Source: Phaeosaccion multiseriatum (lineage: Eukaryota > Protista > Ochrophyta, other classes). From it: a stretch of DNA of 64,000 nucleotides. Numbering within the stretch: the stretch's first letter is position 1; every line of letters begins with the position of its first letter. Location: NCBI GenBank assembly GCA_965112735.1, contig OZ218965.1, positions 1,550,001 to 1,614,000 on the forward strand. Direction: 5' to 3'. The notes under the pieces were generated by a model. That model did no database searches and was not told where the DNA came from. It saw only the letters and a list, made by a program, of their open reading frames with translations. The position numbers were made by a program, and so were the translations under genes. Below are positions 30,434-44,329 of the stretch, piece after piece.

Positions 30434-30676
30434 GGTGCGGTAGGAAGCCGCCAGCTGAGGACGGTAAGGGGGAGGGAAGGTTACGTGCATCGAAGGGGGG
30501 GGGGGGGAAATGATGGGATAAGAGGGTTGGTGGTATACGTGTATCGCCGCCCCTGTGATTCTGATTCAAATCATCTTCCCGCCCCTTCCTTCTCCGTCTT
30601 GTTCCCTCTTGCTCCTCATCCAAGTCCACACGCCATCAACGTTACTCACCCCTCACACTCTCCTCCACAGTGAAGT

Positions 30677-33600
30677 ATGGAGGAGGTACGAAATGTCATC
30701 CACGCTTCGCTCGTTTCCCAAGAAGAAACAGCCTTCGCCGTCGGCGGGAAAGTTGAAGCCAGCCCCTTTGAGATGAGCGTGGAGGGGACAACAGTATCCC
30801 TGCCTCTGTCGGCCGAGGGGACCATAGTCATCAGAAAGGCGGCCGAGAAGGCGCCGTACGGCAAGGGAAGCGAGGTGTGTACTGCGTGCAATAGTCAATG
30901 CCAGTTTCAGGATGATTTCCCTGACCCTCCCCTCCCTCCCCATTCCTCAATGCCCTCTTCCCTTATTTCAGACTCTAGTCAATGAGAGCGTTAGGAAAGC
31001 GTGGCAGGTGAGCTCACTGCAGTGTGGACAATACAGGAGGGGGGGTGCGGCACATGCCTTGCCTCTGCCTCCCTCCTCCCTCTCCCTGCCCCTACCCCAT
31101 TCCAAAGATCCTCTCGCAAACCTAGCCCATGAAAACACATCAAATCAACCAAAAAGCCCATCCCCCTTCCCCGTTTCAGATTGACTCTTCTAGTGTGGAG
31201 CTTCCCCAGCACCTGACCGATGCAGTGAGCGAGGAGGCCCAGCATCTCGTGGCCGAAATGGGGCTTGATCCTGCAGTGATCGGCCTCGAAGCCAGGCTAT
31301 ACAAGCTTACCATGTATGACACTGGCGGCTTCTTCAAGGTACGGAGAGAGGGAGGAAGGGAGAGACTAGAAGGAGACATGACCCTCCTACCCGGGTGAGC
31401 GGGTGGGGAATATGGCATGTATTTCCTCAGCACGTTGGCCCCTCTCCTTCGCGCTCTCTGTTACGCCCCTCTGTTCTCAATCTCTCTCTCTCTCTCCGTC
31501 ACATTCCGCTGCTGCGCCCTCTGATCCCTCCGGCGCAGACTCACAAAGACACCGAGAAGGAGGAAGGTGAGGCAAAGGCTACGCTTCGTGCTGCTCTTCT
31601 CCATTCACCCTCCTTTCAAGGCACTCACGTCTGTCTCACCCTGCCTTGCCTTGCCTTACCCTTTCTTACTTTGGCCCAGGAATGTTTGGTACCCTGGTAG
31701 TGGGATTGCCTGTTCTTGCCGGGTACACAGGGGGCTGCCTCGAGGTGAGGCACAAGGGGGTCCAGAAGCGCTTCGACTGGGCCAAGAACAGCAAGCACGC
31801 CATCACTGCTGCGGCCTTCTTCACCGACTGCGACCACGGTGAGCGAGATTGGGAGGAGGAGGAGGAGGAGGAGGAGGAGGAGGAGGAGGGGCAAGGCATG
31901 CTTAGACGCACACTCATTCTCATGGAAAAGCAAGCAAACTACTGCACCTGCGGCAGGGGTGGTGGTGGCGGTGGCGGGGTGGACAATTTCAGCAACAGGA
32001 AGGAAGCGCATTCCTCTCCCCTCTCTCACTCAGCTGCGCCCCTTTCCGCTGCTGCTACCTCTTCTCTCCCCTCCACCCTCTCTCGACCGCAGAGATACTC
32101 CCCGTGACCTCCGGTCCACGCCTGTGCCTGCTGTACAACCTCGTCCGCACAAAGGGAGGCAACACCCCGCCGGCAGAAACCTCGCACGAAGCACTGCAGC
32201 TGGGAGAGGCGGTGCGCCTGTGGGAAGCCGAGCTTGACTCTGATGAAGGTGGTGAGTCTGTGTGTGAAGGAAGAACGCCGGGGTATGTGCAAGAGGCATG
32301 CGCGAATCGTGAGGAGGAGGCCGAGGATAGAGCACTCCACCGCCCACCCAGCAAGGCCTTCCACCGCGATCTGTAGAGCGTAGGGATCAATACTACCGCG
32401 GGTTCATTATTTCCTTTCGTGTCGTCTCCCTCCTCCCGCTCCTCCACCACCTCACCACCTCGCCTTTAGTGGAGGAGGTCCCGAGCAAGCTGTGCATTCC
32501 TCTGGAGCACGACTACACGGAAGCCAACCTGTCCTTCGCCGGACTGAAGGGCGCAGACAAGAAGATGGCCGACAAGATTACGGGGTGTCTGGGTAGGCCT
32601 ATGGAGGCCTTCATCTGCCTCGTCTACAAGACTGAGAGGGGCGCCACAGAGGTAAGGAGTGACGACGAGGCTGCAGCTCTCGGGGCGCGGGGGAAGGACG
32701 GGTGGAGAGAGCTTCCGGGCTGGGGTGGGTGTATATATCATCATCGTCCTACTCTCGTGCTCCTCTTCTTCTCACAGACTGTGGCCTTCATCCTCTTTTC
32801 CTCTCTCTACCAACGCCCTTATCGCCCCCCTCATCATGACTGTGTCAGCCTGACGACGAAGACTTTTATGGTGAACGCGACTACTACGGGAGCTGCGACA
32901 TGTGTGGTTATGGTGGTGATGATGAAGATGATGATGACGAAGATGATGATGATTTCTGGTGCCGCTACTGCCACAGAGGAGGAGGAGGAGGAGGAGGAGG
33001 AGGAGGAGGAGGAGGAGGAGGAGGATCGCGCGTCATGACCGACGTGATTGAGTCACGTGAGTGCCCTCCGGACTGACTGACTGATTGACCGACCGACGAG
33101 GGAGTGGAGGGAGTGGGGCGGGGCGGCAACATTTTTGCCACACTCACCTGTGCGTAGTGAAGGAGTACCCTTGTCTGTGCCTTACCAACGAGTGTCCGGT
33201 GTTGCTGCCCCTCCTCGCCCCCCCTTCCGGCCACCCCGTCACGCTGAACGCACACGCGCACACGCGCACACGCACATATATGGGTTGATCTATTGCAGAC
33301 ACAGAGACGAGCAAGTGGGTGGGCATCAATGATGAATGCGCCATGGCCAAAGGTGGGTGCGCCGAGCCCATCGTGGCGGAGTTTTAATTTTAAATCTCCA
33401 CACTTCACAAATCGCTTCACAAATCGCTTCAAGGTGCCCTCTCTCTGCTCTGTAGTGTGTGTGTGTGTGAGTGTGAGTGTGAGTGTGAGTGTGTGTGTGA
33501 GTGTGAGTGTGAGTGTGAGTGTGAGTGTGTGTGTGTGCGCGTGTGCGTGTGCGTGTGCATGTGTGTGCGTGTGTGTGTGTGCGTGTGCGTGTGCATGTGT

Positions 33601-33994
33601 GTGCGTGTGCATGTGTGTATGTGTGTGTATTTGTGTGTGTCTCCGTGTGTGTGTGCATTCGTGTGTGCATGTGTGATCGTAAACTCTTGACACGTGTGTG
33701 TGTGTATATATGTACATGCGCGCGTATGTGTACGCGTGTGTGCCCACACCACGCACAATCACCCCCCCCCCCTCCGCTTCCTCCCTCCTTAACGGTATGT
33801 CCCGTGTGTCTCGTGTGCCTCGATACAACCCCGTGCCTCAGGCATGAAGCTCGACATCGAGTTCGAATCGGAGCTGCTGGATGAGGATGAGGACAGTCTC
33901 TGGAACGAGGAAAACCGCGAGGAGGAGTACGAGGGCTACATGGGCAACTCCGGCCCAGGTGAGTACTAGCTTGCGTGCGTGCGTGCGTGCGTGT

Positions 33995-34025
<31 letters not shown>

Positions 34026-37000
34026 GTGAGTGCGTGCATGCGTGCGAGGTGGAGTGGTGTGGTCCGACCCCCCTGCCTTCCCCCTGCCCCGCCGGAGCCT
34101 CTTCTACCTCTTTCCCCTTCCTTACCTCAACACTCCCACATCTCATTCTCTCTCCCCCCCCCCTCTGTCTCTATCTCTCTCTCTCCTCTCTCTTCTTCTC
34201 TCTCTCTCCCTCTCTTCCCTGCTGACTACACCCCTCTGTGGGCGTGGGTATTCTGTCCTCCACCGATCTGTCCACACCGCTCGTTCTCACACAGAGCTTA
34301 CTTTCACTTATCAGAAAGTGAGAGGGAGGGAGGGGCGAAGGAGGGGTGGAGAGAAGGGAGGGGAAGACGAAGGGGGGGATAAAGGGGAGGGGAGGGAAAG
34401 AAGAGGAAGGAGAGGGAGGAAAGACAGGGGGAAAGAAGGGAGGGGCAGGGTGAGGCTGAGGTGAAGAGCCGTGTATCGCATCTGCGGGCCTGGCGTGTTC
34501 GCTCCGTTCAGCTGCGATTGCTAACTACCGACTCTCTGTTTCCCGCCCTGCCTGCTCCTCCGCCCCTCCACCCTCCCTCCCTCCTCCTCCGTTCCTTCAC
34601 CCTCCCTCCCGCCCTCCTGTGCAGGCACTTCTCGTCATATGGCCCGCTTCAAGGTACGGAAATCACTTTGCCGCCCCCCTCCCCCAACCAAAACCCCCAA
34701 CTGTGTGTGGGTGCGTGCGTGCTTGCCTGCCAATCACTCAGCAATGACGTGCCTTGCCGTGCCCTCCTCTCTGTACGTGCACTCTCACCCTCCCACCGTA
34801 TAGGACCATCTCTCTCCTGGCCAACTCCAACTTTGACGCCGCTCTCAGAGTCATGAAGGAACGAATCTTTGGTGCTGCTGGTGCTGGTGCTGCTGGTGCT
34901 GGTGCTGGTGTTGATGATGTCAAGCAGGGTGTCAAGCAGGATGGTGCAACGCTCAAGGCAGACCTTGATCAGCTGGTGAGGGCGTGGGAGAGCGGCAGCT
35001 CAAGGGCCGAGGGTCAAGCATACAGTTACCACCGCACAACAGCATCACCCATCGATGGCGGCGCTTTCGTACAGCTGCTGGACCTCTGCGTCCAGGTGAG
35101 GAGATAGAGGAGAAGAGAAAAGAGGGGAGGAGGGGAGAAGCCAAAGGAGGGGAGGGGAGGGGAGAAGAGATAAGCCGTTCCGGCGATCTTGTAAGCCAGC
35201 GCTCTTGTCCGATATCCGATGGGAGACAGAGAGAGCCTTGGAAGGGGGGGTGTTTTCTCTCTTCTTCCTGTGTGTGATTTCGCCTTCCTTCCCTCCCCCT
35301 CTTTCTTTGGACTCCCCTCTTCTTGTCCCTCTTGCCGCCTGCACATGCTCTCTCGCTGCCTTCTGATCCTCTTTGCCTCTCTCTCTCTCTCCAACCCCCG
35401 TGTGACACGCATCTACCCGTCTCTGCCTGTCCTTCCCATCCACCTCACAGCTCGGAGAGCCTGCCCGGCAGACATGCATCCACTTGGTGGACAGCCCACG
35501 CTTCCGCACCCACGCCCTCTCCAACAGCACGACGCACGTGCAAGCTCTCCTCAAAGCCTGTGTCGCCTTCGGGTGGGGTAAGACACCAGCGGTACCACCA
35601 ACTGCTGTATCACCAACTGCGGCAGTTGCTGCGTCTCCTCCTTCAGTGCCCGGCTTGGGGCCCAGCGTGCTGCGTCTGATTGGTGCCTTTCCAGTGAAGA
35701 GGCTTTCCTCCTTTCTCCTGCTCGCGCAGCTGCTGGGGAAGGAGGCCCAGAGGCTTGCGAAGCAGCGACGCAGCAGTAGCAGCAGCAGTAGCAGCAGTGA
35801 GGCGGTTAAGAAGGAGGAGGGGAATGAAGAGAATGAGGAGGGCGAGAAGGAGGGGAAGGAGGCCAAGAACAGTGAGGATGGCAAAGCGAGGGCCGAGAGA
35901 GAGGCGCGGGAGGACAGAGAGGAGGCGCTTCTCGTCACGCGGGCGGTGTTGGCTCGGGCGCTGGACTGTGTGCCTGACATGGATGGAGAGGCAGCGACGT
36001 ACATGCTCTCTTTTCTCATGCGGTGGCCCTCCCCTCAAGGTGACAAGGAGAGAGGGAGGGAGGGAGGGAGGGAGGGAGGGAGGGAGGGAGGGAGGGACGG
36101 AGGGAGGGAGGGAGGGAGGGAGGGAGGGAGGGAGGGAGGGAGGGAGGGAAGGAGGGAGGGAGAGAGGGAGAGAGGGAGAGAGGGAGAGAGGGAGGGAGGG
36201 AAGAGGAGGGGAGACGTGCGGTCCTTCTTGCTGGAGCGCCACGCGATGCGCTTGTGCCTTTCGCCGCCTCTCCTGTGATGGCTGCTGCTACTCCTTCTGC
36301 TTGCTCTTCTCACGTCGCTCCCTCCCTCTCTACCTCTCTTTCGCTCTTCCTCTCTCTTTCCCTCCATGCCTCTCTATCTCTCTTTCTTTCTGCCTCTCTC
36401 TCTATCTCTCTCTCTCCTTCCTTTTCTCTCGTCCTTTCTCTCGTCCTCTTTCTCTCTCCCTCCCTATCCTTCCCCCTTGTTCTCTCTCTCCTGCTCTCGC
36501 CGGTGACTGACAGAGCTGAAGCCTGAGTTCGACACCTTCATGACGGAGGCTGCCCGTCTCGACGAGGCGGCACATTGGGCCATCCTTCATTGGGCTGCAG
36601 CAGAGCCCACCCGCCAACTTGCAGGTGAGTAGTCAGAGGCGCGAAGGGGAGCAGGACTCCAGGGAGAGAGGGGCTGTGGTGGTGGGGGAGGGCGGCTTCG
36701 GGCGACGATGTGTGTATGGACTGCTCTCTGTCGCGACCTTCTCTCGCCAGTCCCCGCGTACATGCCCACACAATCGAATTGTTTGTCAATGAGTAAACTC
36801 GGTGGATTTTGATTGGAACTGCGCGTGGTCTCCCTTCCACCAACCCTCTTGCTCATTCTTGTTGTTGACATCCTGACATCCGCCTCGCTGCTGCTGTGCT
36901 GCACCTGGCCGCTTGTCGACAGTCTCTCCACAGGGAGAGCCCATCTTCCGTGTGATGTCTCGTCTGGCCGAGAAGGCTCCGCTGTTCTACGTCACCGACA

Positions 37001-39594
37001 AACAAGTGCCAACTGTGATTATCAAGGCCTTGGAGAGCCTGACGCTGCTCAGCCACAGCCAAGAAGCGACGGCACGCCCTGCTGCTGCTGCTGCTGCTGG
37101 TGCTAGATCACCAACTGCTGTGGCCCAAGCACCGACTGCTGAGGGGGCGATGAGCTGGTCGTGGGCCACGGTGCTGGAGACCTTCTTGACGAAGCGCTGC
37201 CTCCCTCTCGGCTTCCGGCCTCTCCAGGACATGCTCGCGTGGGCAGCAGGCTGGGCCCACCGCATGGTCATCACAGAAGCCGCCTCGAAGCACCACCTCG
37301 GTAAGAGACTCCCCCACGTGTCGCCTGCTCTTCTCGGCTCGATGGTGTTGAGCCATCACAGCCCCACCCCCAAGCCTCTCACCCTCGTACCTGTCCTCCC
37401 TGGCTGGCGTGAACCTTTGCTCCGTCGTCCCTCCCTCCCTCCCTCCCTCCCTTCCTTCCTTCCTCCCTTCCTCCCTCCCTCCTCCCCAATCTCTCTTGTC
37501 CCCTGTCGCTCTTCTGTCTCATCTTCGGCCCGGCCCCTCCCCTCTATAACCTTCCCCAGTCGCGGCCTTCCTTGGACTCTCGGTGTCCATCGCCGGCGCT
37601 GTCGTCGACAAGAGCGCGAGTGTCACCGCTGCCCCTGTCCCGGCCTCGGCCGCTGCCTATTCGGCTGTCGCTACAATGTACCGCGTCGGCATCGGGTACG
37701 GCTACGGACCCGACCTCGCCACCCAGCAGAGGGAGAAGGCAAAGACGGCCGCGAAGGAGGGCGATGCTGCCAATGCCAAGGCTCTGGCCGACGCTTTGGA
37801 CAAACTGTTTGCTCTGCAGACGACCCTGAATCGGTACAAGTCACACGCGCAAGCTGCTGCGGCGGCTGCTGCTGCTACCAAGGAGTCGGACGGCGCGGTG
37901 GCACTGTGTTCCAAAGTCGACGCTTCTCTAACGCGCCTGTCTACGCAGGTATCTTCGGATCGGGAAGACCGAGACAAGTGACGGAGAATGTGCAGATGTA
38001 GAGAGGGGGGGGGGGATCTGGTGTATGCTACCTCCTTGCTTGCGTTTAAACATACCTTCCTCATCATCAACAACAACCCACCCTCCCGACTGCCTCTCCG
38101 CACCCCTCCCTCCCTCCCTCCCTCTCCCGATTTGCTCGCTCTTGCTGCAGCTTATGAACTTCCAGCCCGCGTCCTTCCGCCTCCGAGTGCTCCGAGCAGC
38201 CCTCGCCACAGACGCTCTCCAAAAGACCGCCATGGCCCGGCTCGCCCTCACCTTCGCCGAGGTACGTTGGCGCGTTGGTGATACAGATCCGATTCTCACG
38301 CGCCAAGTGGAGCAAGGGACGAAGGGGAGGGGTGGGGACTAGAGCATAGGCTGTGCGAGTGTATTCCGAAGGAGGATAGGGTGTGTTGAGAGAGAGCTTC
38401 CGTCCTGACCGACATGGCTCTTTCTTTCTCTCTTTCTCTCTGTGCGTGGTGTGTTTCGCTCTCACTCTGTGTTTTTTCTCTTTCTTTCTCCCTCTTATCT
38501 CTTTTATCTCTCTCTGTATGCGTATTTCTTCCCGTCTTTCTCTCTTTCCTCTTCCTGCGCGTCTGTCTTCGCCAAGTACGTTGCTTGTATCGCAAGCTCT
38601 GCCCGCATGCAGCCCCCCTGTGAATCGTTCCTGACGCCCCTCCCTCCTTCCTTCCTTCCCCCCCCCCCCCCACCCATAGGAGTGCCTGCACACCCTCACG
38701 AATCGTGGAGCTGCCAAGACGCCTCGAGACTTCCCCGCCGTGCTGCAGGTGAGGTGAACCCTTCCTTGCCAGTACTCTAAAACTTGAATTCAAAGCGATA
38801 TTCATCTTGTCCGTCTACCTCCCTCATCCACCCCTCCCCCCTTGCTCTGTCGCCGACGTCCCTTCTCTACCTCCCGTGCTCCTGCTCCTCTCCACCACGC
38901 GCAACGCCCGCTCGCTCACTCGCACGCACGCACGCACGTCTTTACCTCCGCCTCGCCCGCCCCTCAGCGCGACTTTTCTCGCTACCGCGGTCTGTCCCCC
39001 TTCCTTCTCAATCCCTCTGAGAAGTCTTTCTCCTATCGAGAGGCGAGCTGGAGAGGCATTCCCAACGCACGTCAGTGCGTCAAAGAGATGGAGCGGCTCG
39101 GCCTGGTGTCAGGACAAGTCGTGACATTGTCTGCAGAGGGGAGAGGGTACAATGCCCATGTAAGGGTGACCAAGACAGCCCACTACCTTGACCTACAAAA
39201 GAGACACACTGCTCACCAGATCAACCAGCGCGAAACGAGGGCGATGATGAAGAAGGTCAAACTCCTTCGCGCCAAAGTGAGTGCAGCAGATGGTGCTGCA
39301 GCAGTAGGACCAGCACCACCGGTACCAGCAGCAGGACCAGCACCACCAGTACCAGCAGCAGGAGGAGGAGGAGCAGCAGCAGCAGGAGGAGGAGGAGGAG
39401 GAGGAGGAGGAGGAGGAGGAGAGAGCGCGGGGGGGGGCACTAAGAGGAAAGCTAGCGAGGCGGTGGAGTCGGCTGCTGCTGCTGCTCCTTCGAACCCCTA
39501 TGCCCCGGGGGGTGCGATGAAGAAGAAGAAGAAGAAGAAGAAGAATAGTGAGAAAAAATCTTTCCCCGTGATCGACCTCACAGACTCGCCGTAA
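30677..39594 (+). CDS. 2OG-Fe(II) oxygenase superfamily protein, right paralog (inverted copy)
   Basis: Same exon chain and motifs as 18196-28022 ([12 protein letters not shown]...[10 protein letters not shown]...TDCDH...VIDLTDSP*). Confidence 0.85.
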
Positions 39595-40099
39595 GCTGCC
39601 GTCGGTAGGTCGGTGGGCAGGGTCAACAGGCAAGGGGCGGGGCGGTCGGTGAGCAGGGTCGATGGGCAAGTCGATTGGCAAGTTGATGGTCAGGTCGGTA
39701 GGTAGGGTGGGTGGGCAGGGTGGTAGGTAGGCAGGTAGGTAGGCCTTCCAGGAAGGAAGGAGGTAGGTAGGTAGGTAGGGAGGGAGGGAGGGAGGTAGGT
39801 AGGTAGGTAGGTAGGTACGTCGGTAGGCGGGTCGGTGTAGGCAGGTAGATCGGCACGTAGTCACGTAGGCACGCCGGTCCGTAGGCAGGCTTGCAAGGCA
39901 GACCCCTTCCCTCCCCCGGGGGGCATTGCCAGCTTTGCTTCCTGCGCGCTCTGAATGCTATGGTGCAGATACATGCACAACACATTTTCGATACTTTGCG
40001 TGAGTGAGTGAGTGAGACCCTGTTTTGTCCTATATCCTTTCCCACCAGCAGCAGCAGCAGAAGTCGATTCTCCGATAGCAGGGCACCTCTCTTTTGCTC

Positions 40100-40445
40100 C
40101 AGCTAATCGTGTTTTTTCCGCAGTTCGTTGCCGCTCCGAACGCACTTGACGGGCACACTGCACGCCGCCGCTCACCGTCAGGATGCCCCCCACAATCGCA
40201 CACGTGTTGGTGATATACTCGAGGAAGCCCGAGCTGTCCTCAGTGTGACACGTACTTGTACTGAATTTTGGCCTTGCTCGCCTACCCCAGCGCCGATCGC
40301 TCGTTGAGCCTGCTGCTGTCCATGGAGTACTCAAAGCCCTGTTGGGCCTTGTATTGGGTAGGCACGAGACGGAGGTGGTACGAGAACTGCCCACCCCCCT
40401 TGCCGTCCGCCTCTCTGCCCTTTAGTGTTGTGGCCCGCCCTCCCT
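40100..40445 (-). pseudogene. Truncated ERGIC 3' fragment carried in the right arm
   Basis: GGRATTLKGREADGKGGGQFSYHLRLVPTQYKAQQGFEYSMDSSRLNERSALG* is near-identical to 17502-17660. It is followed by a TAG stop and two deletions, and has no 5' exon. Confidence 0.85.
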
Positions 40446-41351
40446 GCAGGGGAACACGAAGATGGCAGTGGATGGGCCGCACAACCTCTCCCGCCGCTAT
40501 ACTGGCTGTATGGTGATTCCATTCAAGGGGTTCAATTCCCTGAGTATCTTGGTTGTGAGGGAGTTGAACGGACGCTTTGCTTGGAAGAGGCGGAGAGGGC
40601 CTGGAGAGGCATGCCACGGGCTGTCGAGCGCAGAGGAGGTGCCTCCGCTTCCGACTGTCCTCGACGGCGGGGAGAGCGGTGGAAGTGGTGTCCACGGCGA
40701 GGGGGGAGGAGGAGGAGGAGGAAGAGGAGGAGGAGGAGGAGGAGGAGGAGGAGGGGGAGGAGGAGGAGGAGGAGGAGGAGGAGGAGGAGGAGGAGGAGGA
40801 GGAGGAGGAGGAGGAGGGGGAGGAGGAGGAGGAGGAGGAGACAAGCGGCGGGAGAGCTCTCTCCACACAAGACAGCAGCCATCGCGGCAGAGCACGATAC
40901 TCGCCATTCGTGCACACCGCTACCACTTCTGCTCAAGGGCACTGAAATGAAGGGCACGGAGGCGACTTTGGAGAGGGCACTAGTCGCACGGAGGAGGAGG
41001 AGGAGGAGGAGCGAATATACCACAAAGGTTGAAAGGTTCCAAGTAGTGAACTACAATGATAAATAAGTGAGTGTCGTGTACAACACGAGAAAAACCATCG
41101 AGGACACTCTCCGTTCGCTGTCGACTATAGTCGACGTGAATTGATACGCAAACTTGACGCAAGTAGTCCGTCGACTCTGAACTCACTTCGCTCCTCCCTC
41201 ACCGCCACGTCAGCAGTCAGCAACCAAGAGAGAAGAGAGGGGGGCCGCGTTTCTCTCTGTGTGCGAGTCGTGTGCCTCTCCTCCTGAAAAGGATGGTAGG
41301 ACTGACTGACTGACTGACTGACTGACTGACTGACTGACCTTCCTCTTCTTT

Positions 41352-41559
41352 CTAGACCTTCTTCCTCACTCTCACCGCAGGACTCGTGCTTGATTCGGTC
41401 ACATGCTTGGAGGCCTTGCCCAGCTCCACCGCCCGCACGCGAGCGGCAAAGTTGAGGGAGCAAAAGTTCTCCTCCGCGTTGTACGCCACCGGAGATATAC
41501 ACACGAACATGAGGGTCTTGCTGTCCGCACTGGAGAGAGAAGAGAGGGAGAGAGAGAGA

Positions 41560-41643
<84 letters not shown>

Positions 41644-41801
41644 ATGGGACAGGACAGGGTGGGGCGGGGCGGGGCTAGGGAGAGTGAGTGAATGAACGAG
41701 GATACGAAGCACACGCTATGCCCCTCTCTCTCTTACGTGTGTACGTCCAGTATCAAGGCCGTAGACATGTGCAGGCCCACCAGAAGTAGCACCACACACA
41801 G

Positions 41802-41856
<55 letters not shown>

Positions 41857-42758
41857 CCTGAGGGAGTCCTGCAGCAGGTAGGTGAGGGTACTGTTGCGGT
41901 AGGGCACGTGTCCCTGCTTACTGGCCCGAGCCGCGATGACGTCACCAAGGGCAGACAAGCTCTTGTTGATGTTCTGCGCCTCCTTCAGCGCCTGCCCGGT
42001 GGCCCCGCTCTAAGAGGAAGAGGAAGGGCCGAGGGAGGGAGGGAGGGAGGGAGGGAGGGAAGGAGGGAAGGAGGGCAGGGCGAGTAGTGCGGCAGGGGGG
42101 GGTGGGAGGGGAGGGACAGAGGGGTTAGAAGGAGGACGGAGGACGGGCCAGAGGGAGGCAGCATTGCCAAAAAGAAGGTGTAAGAATGGTATGGACAAGG
42201 AGGGGGACGTGTGGTTAGAAGTGTGCCTGCTGCCACAAGCTCTCGATGACTCCTAACCAGACCACTACCAAACCAATACCAACGCCACAGGCTCTGCTCT
42301 ACTCCACTTTTGCATTCGCTGTTGTTGTTGCTGCTACTGCTGCTGCTGCTGGTGGTGGTGGTGGTGCTGCTGCTGCTGCTCACGCACTCACCTTGCCGAT
42401 GCGCTCACTGCCCGCGAGGTCGATGAGGTGCATCTTACCCCTGCTGCTCACCCCCGTCGCCAAGTTGGTACTCTTGACATAGACACTCAGCATCATGTGG
42501 CTCCGACTGGAGTGCTCGTTCATGTTCGTGCAAGCGCTGCTCCTGTTCTTCTCACTGAGCCGCAGTAGCTCAATCACGGCGTCGAGCTTCGTAACGGGCA
42601 CGAGGGTGAGGTCCGGCACATGCATGCCGTGCTCACCCTGCCGGACCTCGAGCTTTCGATCGCCCACATTGTCGCTGAGCAAGTCTCGGATCTGTTCATT
42701 GTAAATCTCCAGGATGCTGACCTGTTCAGTGTGTGCGTGGGCGCGTGTATGCGTGTGC

Positions 42759-42813
<55 letters not shown>

Positions 42814-44284
42814 GCGAGGGGGGGCAAGCGGAGCGACTGTGGTCTAGAGTAGACACGCACGCACGCACATGGAGCAGCAACGACAACAACAAAAGGACGG
42901 AGCGTGCCCCTCTTCTTGGTGTACGTACATGGCCTCTTCCCTCACACGCTCACTCTCCTTTCCTTCCTCTCTCCCTCTGTCTTCCTTCCTTCCTCCCTCC
43001 CTCCCACCGCCTCGTCACACCCATCCATCCACTGCCATCCCATCCCATCCACTGCCATCCCATCTCCCACCCCAGCTCATCCACTGCCATCCCGTCCCGC
43101 CCCACCCTATCCCTCCGTTCCACTGCCATCCCATCCTACTGACCTGAAGTTCGTCTTGGTGCTCCTCGCTCCGCTCTGCGCTCTTGGCAAAGAGCTCCTC
43201 CAGAGCCTTGGTGTTGACTCCTCTTTGCCCCTCGGGGCCCGTCATCGTGTACGTCTTGCCCGTTCCCGTCTGCACAACTCAACACACGTCAGAGAAAGGG
43301 AGGGGAAGGGGGCCAAGTGGGGAAAGCAGAAGCACAAGAGCATGCGCGGGGGAGGGGGTAGAGAGGGGAAAGGGAGGACAGCGCTCGTGTGAAAACAAGT
43401 ACGCACATTTGGCGTATTCGATGTTCGTAAAGGTATGGTGCGCTCGTCTTGTTCGAGGTTTCCTCCCCCTTCCCGCCGTATTTGTTCTGTCCTCCCCACA
43501 GATTCTGCCCCTCTCTCCCTCCCTCCTCCGCCCTCCTCCCTCCCTCGCTCCCTCCTTCCCTCTCTCCCTCCCTCCGCCCTCCCTCCCTCCCTCCCTCCCT
43601 CCTCTCTCCCTCCCTCCCTCCTTCCCTCCCTCCTTCCCTCTCCCCCCTCCCTCCCTCCCTCCCTCCTTCCCTCCCTCCCTCCCTCCCTCCCTCCCTCTCC
43701 CCCCTCCCTCCCTGCTGCTGCTGCTGCCTCACCTGGCCGTACGCAAAGATGCAGACATTGTACCCGTCTAGAACGGACGTTACGAGTGGTGATACTTCCC
43801 GATACACATCGTCCTGCGTCTTGTCCAGCCCAAACACCTGTTTCAGTTTCGAGTTTCGAGTTTCAGTTCGTTGACCTCGGCCACATCATCAATTTATCGC
43901 ACCATGATCGTAACGGGACGTGTCGCATGTCGACAATCCACCCAAAACCCTACTAGCCCTATTGTACTACACACACTTCAAGGGCTCACAAACTGAAATT
44001 GACACACAAGCCCCTGCCTACCCTACGATACCTGATCGAACTCCCACGCCTTCTTCCTGTTGCGATCCTTGGTGCACTCCACCTCCCCCTCCGCCGGGAA
44101 AGTCACACACAGGCTGCTGCCATCACCCTCCAGCTCCTTGTGCGAGGGAGGGCGGCAGCGGCAAAAGACGCGAATGTTGCCTCTGAGCTCCTGCACCACG
44201 TTGAACAGACGCTTCCGCTCGCGGCACTCTCGCGCGTACCTGGCCTTGACCTAAGCAAGCGAAACAAGGGAGCGTCGCAGGTGT

Positions 44285-44329
<45 letters not shown>

